From: Camelus dromedarius
Lineage: Eukaryota
Assembly (NCBI RefSeq): GCF_036321535.1
Contig: NC_087436.1
Span: 89,964,001-90,028,000, forward strand
Length of the DNA: 64,000 nt
Direction of reading: 5' to 3'
Made by a program: the position numbers and the translations under genes. The notes beneath the pieces were generated by a model. It was not told where the DNA came from. It was given only the letters and a program-made list of their open reading frames with translations, and made no database searches. Of this stretch, positions 25,866-37,699 are shown one piece after another; the stretch's first letter is position 1; each line of letters begins with the position of its first letter.

Positions 25866-26449
25866 TATATATTAAATATAATTCTGGCCCATTACTTACT
25901 CATCTTAGACATAATTACATTGTTCTTACTAATTTGAAATTAAACTTATAATTTAGAAATTTTTAATATGATTTCTATTATATGTAATATAAATTATAAT
26001 ATAATTATATGTTTATAATTATAATTTATAACAAAAATTGACCTTTTGCTGCCACTTGCATTGTAAATATTTTTCCCTGGTTTATATTGCTTTAAAATTT
26101 TTTCTTTCACATTACTTTACATACACAAAAGTTTTCATTTTCATTTACATGTGGTTAAATCTACTAATCTTAATTGCATGCCCATTTACTGCTTTTATAC
26201 TTAGAGACAATTGTCTTATTGAAGAATCAAATTAATGTTCACAAATGTATATCTGTGTCATGGCTGGCTTATCTCTATATAACCATTGAATTAATTTGGG
26301 ACTAATTTCATGTTGACAAACATTTATGATGTCTTTCAGGGACATCATAACAGGGGAAAAGCCATCCACCTTCAGCTTTTTATGTACAGCCATGCCTCCT
26401 TTTCTTGTATTCATGAGAAATCACATTAGAATATGTGTTATATTGTCCA

Positions 26450-26960
26450 TTTTCCAAGGTTTTATTGAACACATACTAGACATTTGCTCAAATGTTAGGT
26501 TCCAGAGATAAAGGGATGAATGAGACAGAAATTATGCTTTCTTTTGTGAAGTTTAACTTCTTTACAAAAAGAAAAGCTAAAACTCACAAAAAAAAACTGT
26601 TTACATTGTGATTTAAATGGAATGAAAGAAACAGAAGACAGAGATAAAGAATAGGAAAATATATTAAAGATGGGAGGATGAAACTACTTCCTAAAATTTG
26701 GTCAAAACTACTTTTTTCCTCTTTTTTTATTTTTTAACGGAGGTATTAGGGATTGTACCCAGGACCTTGTGCATGCTAAGCATGCACTCTACCACTGAGC
26801 TACAACCCACCAAAAAAAATCTATATTCTATAAAGTGGTACTGAACAGAAGACAAAAAGAATAAGAAGAAACTTTGCAGGGTTAACAGCACTCCTCACAG
26901 AATAAACAGCAGTGGAAAAGTGAGGAAGCAGTTGAGGTTACTCATGTAAAGAAAAGGGTG
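26450..26960 (-). mobile_element. Degraded L2 3' end (contains the SINE at 26712-26811)
   Basis: tttattgaacacatacta...ccagagataaagggatgaatgagacag is the antisense L2 tail. Confidence 0.5.
26712..26811 (-). mobile_element. tRNA-derived camelid SINE (vic-1-like)
   Basis: Reverse complement reads gtagctcagtggtagagtgcatgcttagcatgcacaaggtcctgggtacaatccctaatacctcc plus an A-rich tail. A and B boxes are in normal orientation. Confidence 0.92.
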
Positions 26961-27574
26961 AGTTGGTAGGAGATGAGGTTACTGTCAGGGGGTGGTAAGA
27001 ATAATCATAATTATGTTTCATAATAAATAGTTCATAAATCAATGAAAAGTTAGAATTTAAAATCGAGGGCTTGGAATTTGTATTGTATAAATGAACAGGT
27101 TTTTATGAATTGCTCTTGAAGCTTAGCTGGCTTGTCAGAAATCATTTTTATATTAAATAAGAGTGGACTTCTGATTTTATAACCATTCTATTTGAAGCTA
27201 ATATTTCTCAGAGGTACCACTATTATTGTCATGGTGGGAGAAAGTGTCTTTCAAATCTAATACCACACACTTTGTACAATAAAAAAAAGTGTAAGTATTG
27301 GAGATGATGAATGATTGTGATCAAGATATAAAGCTGGATGAAATTCTACTATTCCTAGAAATAAAAACTACTTAACAGTGAGAATTATCCTCATTTATAA
27401 TATTAAAGGCATTTTGTGAAAGGGACCACTTGTATAATTATTTTTGATCAAGAAATCTTTTGTCCAAGGATGCTGTTTTTTCTTAATTTATAAGAGATAC
27501 TGAATGTTCTAAATTGCTTTTTTTCCCAGGATTTTACTTATCTTAAAACAACTACCAATACTACTACCAATAAT

Positions 27575-27800
27575 AACAACATTTATTAAATGACTGCTTT
27601 GTACCAGATACCATTACAACAACAGTTCTTGTGTATTAACCTTTTTAATTATCTTAATAGCCTTTTGAGATAGATACTGTTTTTATCACTTTTTTTCAAG
27701 CAAGAACACAAATTCAAATGCATTAAGTTACTTTCTACATTCATAGAGCTAGTAAATATTGAGGATGGACTATAAACCCAGGCAACTTGGCAAATAATAG
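27575..27800 (-). mobile_element. MIR SINE
   Basis: aacatttattaaatgact...cattaagttactttct..tcatagagctagtaaat...aaacccaggcaa. Confidence 0.65.
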
Positions 27801-28145
27801 GTAGAACTTAATATCTCTGCATATATTTATATATATGTAATTTTTCTCCTCAATTAATTCAGCCTTAATGATAGTCGATTCACTTTAAATAATCATATGA
27901 GTGGTATTACTTGGGGTGTTGAAAAAATGATGACTCTTGTTTATTAAAATCTTCCTTTATGATAAAACATAATTCAGTTTGCAGAAAGATGTTTGTTCTT
28001 TAGCTATATTCAACTTACAATAAATATAAGCAGTCACTTTAATCACGTTGTCACCAGAATAGTCCTATAAGGCAGATTGTGTATGGAACTGCCTGACTCT
28101 GCCTTCATCCCACTGACTTTGGGGAGGATGGTGGAGAACCTGGTT

Positions 28146-28372
28146 GAGATTTGCAGATACTGACTACTATATATAAAATAGATAAACAACAAGTTCATAC
28201 TGTATAGCACAGGGAACTACATTCAGTATCTTGTAGTAACTTATGTTGAAAAAGAATATCAAAACAAATATGTGTATGTTCATATATGACTAAAGTGTTG
28301 TGCTGTACACCAGAAATTGACACAACATAGTAAACTGACTATACTTCAGTAAGAGTAAATTAAAATTTTAAA
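28146..28372 (+). mobile_element. Short L1 3' UTR fragment (camelid-type, intermediate age)
   Basis: gagatttgcagatactgactactatatataaaatagataaacaacaag...tgctgtacaccagaaattgacacaacatagtaaactgactatacttca; homologous to 5585-5800 and 34917-35044. Confidence 0.9.
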
Positions 28373-30329
28373 AAGGGGCTTTGAGAGGCAAGGACACTGG
28401 AGTGGGGTATAGGTGGGAAGGGAAAGATAATGAGTTTGATCTTACTGAGTTTGAGGCATGTAGGTCCAAAGGAATTTACAATGATCTTCGTTGTAGATAG
28501 AGATTTGGAAATAATCAGGAAATTGGTGTTCCCTGAAGCAATGAATGTGGATGACATCAGGAGAAAATATATTAGTGAGAGAATTGAATTCTTAAGCCCT
28601 AACATGGAAGAACGTTGTCATTTATAAAAGGGACATAAACATGCAAAAAAATCCCCAAAACCCACAACAGACCAAGAGTGGTCACTAAGTGGACGTATGG
28701 TCAATAGAAAAAATCTTAGGAGAGTAAAGTTATTCCACATTCCCAGTGTTTCAGTGACCTTTTCCCCTACATGGATGGACTGTTTCTAGAACTATATTAT
28801 TCAAATATGCTAATTTTGCTAGTCTCAGGAAGACAGACAGAAAATGGAATTTATATGTTGGGTTCAACCCCAAAGAACCTAGATCTAGAACAATTTTAGA
28901 ACACAAACATCCCATTAGCCTGAAATTATAAATTGGTTTGGAGCCGTGTAACATTAGAATCAAGACATGCAGATTCCTGCATTTTAATCTCAGATGAGTT
29001 TCAATCTCAAAATATCTAAACAATTACATTTGAAGGTAAACACTTCAAGAAAAAACGATGTATTGTATAGACGTTAAATAGACATAAAGATTTCTCATTA
29101 TTCAAAATCTTTAGAAACTTGAGAGTCTAAAATTTATTCCTGCTCTTGTTTCTCATTCAGAAATGGCACTAGCTATAATTTTGGAAATTAAAAGGGAAAA
29201 ATAGTGCTGTGGTTCTCAGCTATATCTACTCATTCATTTATTTGTATTTTAAAAAAGAACAGAGACTGATTTTTCAGTTGTATTTCTCTGATATACATTA
29301 AAAATGTGTATTTGTGAATACTTGGTTGTCTCTTCTCTTGCAAAAAATGAATATTCAAATGAGGTTTTATATAAAATTTGGTATAAATTTTCCTCTTTTC
29401 CATTAGCATAAGTAGTTAACAAATGATTAGATATACAAATTCTTTGAAATATTTAGCAATGTACTTTTAATCAAAAAATCTTATTGTGAAACAGGTAAAT
29501 ACTATGCTTCTTTGAATTTTGATCATTCTTTGGCTCTCTCTAAATAATACTTTTACAATCATTGCTACCATCAGCAAAGAAAACATTTGGAAGATTAAAT
29601 AATATTTTCAACTGTATTTTTCTAAAATAAAATAAATTTAATCCTTGTGATTATAAGTTATTGCTTGACTTCTCTTTTAAACTCATCTCACAATGTTTGT
29701 AAGTCTTACCAGCCTGAGTTACAGCCATCTTTTTGGTTGAATATAAAGATAAATCTTGCTGTGGTAGAGAAAATGTCAGGAATAAAATGTGTCATGTTTT
29801 ATTTGTGCAATAGTTTTCATTCTTTGAAAGATCCCACACTGTGTGCTTTTCTGTTGCTTTGCTGAGCAGGAGTATAAAATAAAATGTGACATGTTTAGGT
29901 GGGATGATTCATTTTGTCTCTCTACCTCTAATCTACTAACACCTTGAACATTGGTTATTTTACCCTTGCCAAGTGACTGTAGGCTATAAAAAACAAGTCC
30001 TACTCAGATATCAAAACAAATAGAATAAGTGAGGGAAATGTATTTTGGGGGAAATGTATTTTGGGGGACGTTTGTGTGTATTTGCTGGAACATGCCTCTA
30101 ATTACATCATTGGATCCATGGAACAACAGTTCAAAGTAGGAATAATGTGCACATTTTACAGATTAGGAATTGAAGCCCCAAAGCCTTACATAGTAGACTA
30201 AAGTCTGATAGATGTAAAGGCGGTAGGAGTCAAAACTTTCCTGGTTCCAAGACCACATTACTCTGATTTTCTTTTACTTTGGTATTTCACAGATAATGGT
30301 ATTTCAGAACCATTTGATAATATTTATAA

Positions 30330-30550
30330 TATTAATTATCAATACATATGTGGCACTAATTTTGTGCCATGCAGGAGTACCTTACATCAATCAAGTTACA
30401 ACAACTCCATCAAACAGATCTCATTATTATTTCCATTTCACAGGTAAGGAAGAAAGTTTAAGTAATCTGCCAAAGGTCATCAGCTAATGAGCAGCAAAAC
30501 TGAGATTCAATCCCAGTAAGTTATGTCCGGATCACGGGTCTCTTTAATAA
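30330..30550 (-). mobile_element. MIR SINE
   Basis: ttccatttcacaggtaaggaa..gtttaagtaatctgccaaaggtcatcagctaatgag...gagattcaatcccag. Confidence 0.75.
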
Positions 30551-31829
30551 TACATTTACTACAATATTTTGCAAACAATTCTAGGAGTTTGTGGCTCTTT
30601 GAAATTTGCCCAGAGTTAAATCTCCACAGAAATTACTCAATCCTGGGGCTGAAAGATAGGTCTTAAACAAACCTTAAAGAAAGCAATAAATATATTGATG
30701 ACAGAATTTAAACTGTATTACAGATTTTTCATTTGCTTAATATAGCAGATTACAAAAAAGCAATGCAATGGAGAAAGAAAGCAAAAAAGAAAAATGACAA
30801 CTTAAAATTATGACTGATCCAACCGGTTTGCAGGACTAACGGAAAGTGTTATTTTAAGTTAAATAAACTTGGGTTTAAGCAAAATACTTTGATGGGCCCA
30901 ACTTGGCCTAAAAGGAGAGACAAGTGGGGCCACAGGTGATGAGAAGAAAAACAATTCCTCCACTTAGTCTGCAGCAGGCAGCCAGGCATCTTGAAGATAA
31001 AAGAAGTGTCTTGGGTGTCCAAATGAGTGGATGAAGAGATACTAATTTTATTTGAATTATAAAGGAAAAGTAATACCAGCAGTCTGAAAGACTTGGGCCA
31101 TTTCAACTGACATTTATGTTTTCATCATGAGCTATAATATAGACCTTCTAATTCAGAGGCAGCGCGTCTTGTCAGAAGTCTCCATCTGATTGAGGATCAT
31201 TGGCAGCAAGCCAAATAGTCTGGCTAATGCAGAGGAGTAGTCTTATTCCTTGACACATGTATTTAAGGATTTAACTGTTCAATTTCTCTTTAATCATGAT
31301 GCATGATTCTTTACAATCCCTCAGGGCAAAGAAAGCTAATTCCTCACATATCGTGAATAATATAGCTTCTCTGAATAAGATGTCAGAATAAGCCCTTTAA
31401 CTGTCGAACAATTTCTAAATTGAATTCCTTGGAGAAGTTTTACAATTATTTGTTAAAAGTCTGAAATAGAAGATTGAAAAACAGAGCTCTGATCTCCACA
31501 TGTCAAAATATTGATTTGTCAAGATTCATTCCACTAATTGCAATAAATTTGATTTCACTGCATATATTTTAAGTCATACATGAGGTTTTCATAGTTTTTA
31601 AGAGTATTCATTAAATATATGTTTTTAACTTTTTAAAAAAACACTTTAAAATAAGAGCTGTGAGAGCTAAGTCTCATATGTTCAATACTCAAATACGCAT
31701 CAAGTGGAGTGTATAAAATAATTGTAGTATAGTATCGTTTTTTATATATATAGTATATATCTAGTAAATATATACAAAATATATACAAAATATATCCATA
31801 GCAGTATATATAGATTGAGAACAAGCAAA

Positions 31830-32092
31830 ATTACACCCACTACTATAAATAAATACATAGGGTTACATTAGTTAAAAGAAACTGATTAAACTAACCCATT
31901 ATTTTAAGAGTATTTACACCTGTGAGGTTATAAATTAAAAGGATATGAGGAAGTTTTCTTGGATTCTGATAATCTCCTTGGCTTGGCTACTGATTATATA
32001 GGTGTGTATAGTTGTAAAAATTTACTGAGCTGTATACTTATGATTTGTGCTTTCCTGGTTGTATATTCTACTTCATAAAAAGCTTACATTAA
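31830..32092 (+). mobile_element. L1ME-like 3' end fragment
   Basis: ttatataggtgtgtatagttgtaaaaatttactgagctgtatacttatgatttgtgctttcc. Confidence 0.7.
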
Positions 32093-33406
32093 AGAAATGC
32101 ATATACACACATATTCATATGCATAGATATTCTACATTCTAGATGTATGGATATTATTTGAAAAATAGGTAAAAATAATAATATTGATGAGTTTTGAGAA
32201 ACAGGCTTGTCAATTAGTCAGTAATGAATGTTTGCCAAAGCTAAAATTACTGTTAAGTTGTTTTATTTTAATAAATATTCTAATACTAAGTACTAATTAA
32301 TTTTAAAATATGATAACTTCCAGGTCTACTATTTGTTCTAGAAATGAAAAAATACACATGGATATACTTTTAGTGGAAGGGACATTTGATAATTTATGCC
32401 TTTAGAGTCCGTAACAAAAAATATCTATGAAATATTTAATACGTGAATATTAGTGATACATTAAAATGTTGCTGAATGCTAACATTTTAGATTATTTTTC
32501 CAAAGACAATTTTCAAAAATGTTGCTACACAATATGTATTTTAAGATTTCCATACACCCTTTTGGGGGGTATAAAATGGGATAAAATAAACAAATTTATA
32601 GAGTTCTGAAATTATATAGTTACAAGCTTAAAATTGTGCTCAATTTGTTTCTGAGATCTTTAAGGTCTAGAAAAGTTCCTTCATTTTGGAATCACCTCCT
32701 AAACCTAGTATAATACTCTATGCTTAATGGGTTTTAATGAATAATTGAGAGTGAATGTATGAATGCCCTTGATCCTCCATTTTGTTTGCACATGCATATC
32801 CTGATAAAAACAAAGTGGCATGTTTATTGTGATATTCATATTCTATAGCAGTTAGATGGAAGCGTCTCAACGAAGTTACAAAGGAAATACAGAACAGAAA
32901 TTGTGCCTGACCTGAAGACGCTGACTCACCAGTTTATGCTAAATGAACAGCCTTATCACTTGCTTCTCTTACTTCCACAGATCTAAAAATACTCTCAAAT
33001 TATTTTCACTTGCCTTGACATCCTTTGATTTGGCTGAAGAAAGTTGTCTAGGCTTTTTATTCCTTAATCTGATCAATATCTAATTTTATACTATCAGTGA
33101 CAGAAGTTAGCCTTATTTTGGTTTTGTTTGAGTCCATCCATTCTATTAACAAAAGTCTGTAGTCTGGAGAGTCCAAAAGAAAACAAACTCTATATCTATG
33201 TAATTCAGGAAAATAGAAAATCAAAATATCCATACACTAATATAGTCTAGAGTTTTCTGGTCTATTTTAGTACAAAATATATTTTTGATCTAAAAATAAA
33301 ACCCCTAAATATTATAATTGTCCCCTTCACTATCCTAATGAGTACCTGAATTATACTTTAGAAGTATGTAAATAGGAATATAATCTACTTTAAGATATTA
33401 TAAAAG

Positions 33407-33860
33407 TGTTATGCGTTGAACTGTGTTCCTCAAAAAGATATCTGAAGTGCTAACCCTCAGGTTTTCAGAGAGCGACCTTATTTGGAGAAGAGTCCTTGCA
33501 GATGTAATCAGTTAAGATGAGGTCATAAGGAAATGAGGTGGGCCCTTAATCCAATAGACTAACATCCTTATAAGAAGAGGAGAGAGGCATATGAAGAAGC
33601 GGGCACAGGATGAAGACAGCCATGTAAAGTCTGAGGCAGCTCGGAGTTATGGTGCTATCAGGCAATGGATGTCTAGGGCTACAAGGAGCCAGAAGAGGCA
33701 AGAGAGGATCCCCCACCCTCAAGACACTTCAAGGGAGCATGGCCCCACCAACACCTTGATTTCAGACTTCTACCCTCCAAAATCTGAGGGAAAATTTTTC
33801 TATTGACATAAGACACCCAGTTTGTGGTACTTTGTTTTGGCAGCCTAGGAAATTAATGCA
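33407..33860 (+). mobile_element. MaLR solo LTR (MLT1B/C-like)
   Basis: Starts tgttatgcgttgaactgtgttcc. Internal gaccttatttgga..ttgcagatgtaatcagttaagatgaggtcata and caacaccttgatttcagacttct. Ends ggcagcctaggaaattaatgca. Confidence 0.92.
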
Positions 33861-33939
33861 AAGGGTATGTTAAAAATCATTGTCAGCAATCTGATCCAAA
33901 CAAATGCTAATAAGACATATGCCAAATATAATAGCACTT

Positions 33940-34330
33940 ATTTCTAATCAGAGGGTTTCTACGTTTATAGTGAGACCCCCCCAAGCATTTTCCTTTTTGT
34001 TATATAGATCTCATCTCCAGTGTCATTGTGTTAAAGAGGTCTTTCCTGACCTTCCTATGTAATGTTTTGCTTTTCATCCCTGCCCCTGAGTCACTCTCTA
34101 TCAAATCACTTTATGTTTTTTGATTATTTGATTGTTTATTTATTTTTGTTTTGTTTTCCCCTCATGGTATTTAAACTACCTGAAATGATCTTATTTACTT
34201 ATTTGTTTTTTATCTCCTCCTTGTATTCTAAGTTTGACAACTTGTCTGTCTTGCTCATTTATTGATGTGTTTCCAGACCCAAGAACGATGATTGGCATAT
34301 GGTAAGTATACAGTCAATATATGTTGAAAG
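33940..34330 (+). mobile_element. L2 3' end
   Basis: agaggtctttcctgacc...ttgtctgtcttgctcattt...ttggcatatggtaagtatacagtcaatatatgttgaa. Confidence 0.7.
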
Positions 34331-34916
34331 CAAAAGAAGGTAGGTAGATAACTGGGTTAGAGAAGCTGATATTTGTCCATCTTCATATGTAGAGTAGTTT
34401 TGAAATTGATCAATGAACGCCACATTTCCCCTGGAATACCCTTTGGATGAAAGATCTTCTCATTAAAGCTAAATAAACTTCTAAGCCACTTACCATCTTT
34501 CTATGGTGGCTCACAATGGGAACTGCCCTCTCTCTAATATCTAATTGATCCTGGTAGAACTGTGTTTATATCTCAGACAGCTCTAAATGATTTTGATAAT
34601 GCTGGTTCAGAGAGTCACCCAGTCAGTATAATGTGCAAAATAATTAATTCTATATGATCATCATTGTGTTACATAAAATAATTAGGCTTTGCAATTATTA
34701 AAGATAGCAATAATAAAATTTTATAGTTATTGACAACCTAATTAATAATGAATAGCAATCATTATCGGTTCAATAAATGTTGTAAACAAAAGTGCTCTAT
34801 TCCTCCTTACACGTAATAACACTGAGGTTCAGTACTCTAAAAAAATCACAAATTCAATAATGACAAGGCCAGTTTTTCATTACAAGTTGTACTGATGCTA
34901 AAATTTGTGCACTTTA

Positions 34917-35044
34917 GCTCACAGTGAAAAAAAAATGTGACAATGAATATATGTATGTTCATGTATAACCGAAAAATTGTGCTCTACACTGGAATTTGAC
35001 ACAACATTGTAAAATGACTATAACTCAATAAAAAAAAGTTTAAA
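34917..35044 (+). mobile_element. Young, extremely 5'-truncated L1 (128 bp) with perfect 17-bp TSD
   Basis: aaaatttgtgcacttta at 34900-34916 and 35045-35061. The insert is the reverse-complement homologue of 39808-39935 and ends in AATAAA plus an A-rich tail. Confidence 0.95.
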
Positions 35045-36149
35045 AAAATTTGTGCACTTTAAACATTTTGCCTAATTGTTATCAGCAGCAAATTTTTATT
35101 GAGTTTTTTTTTTTTAATGGCTCACAGAGCTTGAATATAAACCCAAACAGTCTGGTTTCAAAGCCCATGTTTGTAACAAGTGCTCTAAGCAACTTCCTCT
35201 CTGGTTTTAAATGTTACTCTGGTCTTCAGTAGAAATATACTTTTCTCTTAAAATGTTATTTCACGCTGCGTTTTATATTTTTAAGGATAAATTAAACACG
35301 GTTGTCTAGTCAGGGACTCTCTTAAAATGAATTAAGATAAATTTTGAAAATGTACAACAATTATAATTTGGGTGTTATAGTTCTCATACACGCTTATTGT
35401 AGTAAAATTAAGAAGAGAAAAATTTTAAAAAATCATTTATAATCCCTTCCTTTAGAGATAACTACTGTCAAGAAATCTTTGAATCAGAAACCAAAATGGT
35501 ACCTAAAGGTAAGGGAGAAGGAAGTTTAGAGAGTATAAAACACTTTAAGCTCTCAAGAACAATCAAAAGGTGTTTTGATCATTAGGAAAACCATTGAAGC
35601 CTCCTCATTTTCACGTGGTGTTATAAATAGAAATCACCAAAATATGTACAGAAAATGCCATACAGCAAGGTCACTTAACCTTCTGGCATCTCAGGTCTTC
35701 TTTGAAATATAAATACAATAGGCCCTAGCTTACTTGCCTCAGGGATGTTTAAGGATAAAATTAGATTAAAAATGTGACAGCTCTGAAATATTTTCTCTCT
35801 TGCTGAGCACTTCCCCACAACTATACTCTGTTAGTCTGCCCTCTAACCTTTCTTCTCACTTGAGAATCAGTGTCTAAGCTGGGGCTCTCTTTGCCTCCTT
35901 CCTCAACACAGCATAGAAAATCACAGGACTGCATACTCTCCAGGCTACTTTCTGGCTCCGTGCTGTGATTTCTGGGAAGAAATTAATTCCAAATTGCTAG
36001 GAGGAAAAAGGCATGCAGAAAAATGTTGAAAAATAGCTTAAAAATGTTGTCTTCTGATGGTTTAGTGTGCCATTGGTCTAAGCTGTCCAGGTCTTGTGAA
36101 TTTCTCCTTATTAGTAAGACTGATTGTCAAATAATGAAGCATTGAATTA

Positions 36150-36902
36150 CAGTTGACCTTTGAACTGCGTGGATTTTGTTCAATAACTATATTGGAAACT
36201 TTTTTGGAGATTTGCAACAATTTGAAAAACCTTACAGATGAACCAAGTAGCCTAGTAATATTGAAAAAATTAAGAAAAAGTTAGTTGTGTTATGAATGCA
36301 CAGAATATACATAGATACTAGTCTAGTTTACTATTTACTACCATAAAACATACACAAATCTATTCGTGGATGGGCTAGGCTACTGTGAAGCCATCGTATT
36401 CATTACACTAGGCAACCACAAAGTAATCATATTGCTGCTTCTTCATTATTAACGCATGAATTGTTATACCTGTAAATAAATACAATTTTCTTTTTCACAT
36501 TATCTTTTCATTTTTGACGTCTGGTGTTGGCAGTATGTATAACATCTACAGTGTCTTGTATCATATAAGACAATATTGATACAGGTAGTGACAGATCATT
36601 CATCTTGTAAACAGATGATGTAAACTTACAGTGTTGATAAAGATAGTACAGGATTGTAAATGTATTTTCTCTTTCTTATGATTTCTTAATAATATTTTCT
36701 CTAGTTTACTTTATTATAAGAATACAGTATATAATATAACATACAAAATACGTGTTAATCAGCTATTTGTTACTGGTAAGGCTTCTGGTCAATGGTAGGC
36801 TTATTAGTAGCCAAATTTTGGCAGAGCCAAGAGTTATAAGTGGAGTTTTGACTGTGAGGAGGGTTGGCATACCTCATCCTCAAGTTGTTGAAGGGTCAAC
36901 TG
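36150..36902 (+). mobile_element. Non-autonomous Tigger2-family DNA transposon (TcMar)
   Basis: Terminal inverted repeats cagttgacctttgaac / gttgaagggtcaactg. TA dinucleotide on both sides (36148-49, 36903-04). Body matches Tigger2 derivatives. Confidence 0.93.
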
Positions 36903-37159
36903 TATCATATCTACTACTTTCTTCATTCTTGGGACTCTCATTCTACCATTACTTACTTTCTTTTATTTTCAAATTCTCTTTCTTTACTTCTGTATTTTTT
37001 CTAACAGCATTTACATATCTCATTACAAAGGAAATCCTCAACTTCTCATATCTATCTTGTTCCTGCCTTATCTAATGTCTTGTTTTCACAAATAGTCTCC
37101 TCACACTGTTGTCCATATGCACTGACTCTAGTTACTTCCCTCTTCAAATATGCTTTCTT

Positions 37160-37652
37160 AGAATCCGTTATGAAAGTAATGTACATAATGATTAACACTT
37201 TAAACAGGTTGAAAGAGTTTATAATTATAGCCCAGAGTCTCCATCCTGTTTCCCAAAGTAAAGTTTTCACAGTCAGTCTCAGGTCCTGGAGGAAACCCAT
37301 TGTCCCCTGCCACACGGCCCTTTTACAGGTCCTCTCACAACCTGAGAGTTTAGTTCTTCAAGTTGAGAATGAGAATTTCTGCTGCTTTGTGTCTCATTTT
37401 CCAGGGAGAGTCTGTATCTTTTTAAAAGAGGTTCACCTTTTAGATCAGGACAGGCTTATCTCCCTTTCAATTAACTCAAAGTCAATCATCTAGGATCTTA
37501 ATTACACAAGTAAAATTCATTCTCCTTTGCTACGTTCTATTGGTTAGAAGCAAGTCATAAATTCTACACACACTTAAGGGGGAGGCATTATAAAACTGTG
37601 TGGTTATCAGAGCCTGGAAATCTTGGGGACCATCTATAATTCTGTTTGCTGC
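37160..37652 (-). mobile_element. MaLR LTR (MLT1E/F-like)
   Basis: ttaactcaaagtcaa...atcttaattacac...ttctattggttagaagcaagtca...tcttggggaccatct. Confidence 0.75.
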
Positions 37653-37699
37653 AGATTCCTCAGTGTAATATTCACATTTGAGTCTGTTTAGGATGGCTT

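Noticed and set aside
26738..26811. tRNA gene
   Set aside because: It has an A-rich tail, a mutated T-loop (ggtaca) and a SINE-type 3' end, so it is a tRNA-derived SINE.
36752..37493. Adjacent ORFs of 107 and 137 aa
   Set aside because: They overlap the Tigger2 end, T-rich DNA and an MLT1 LTR. No transposase or host-protein signature.
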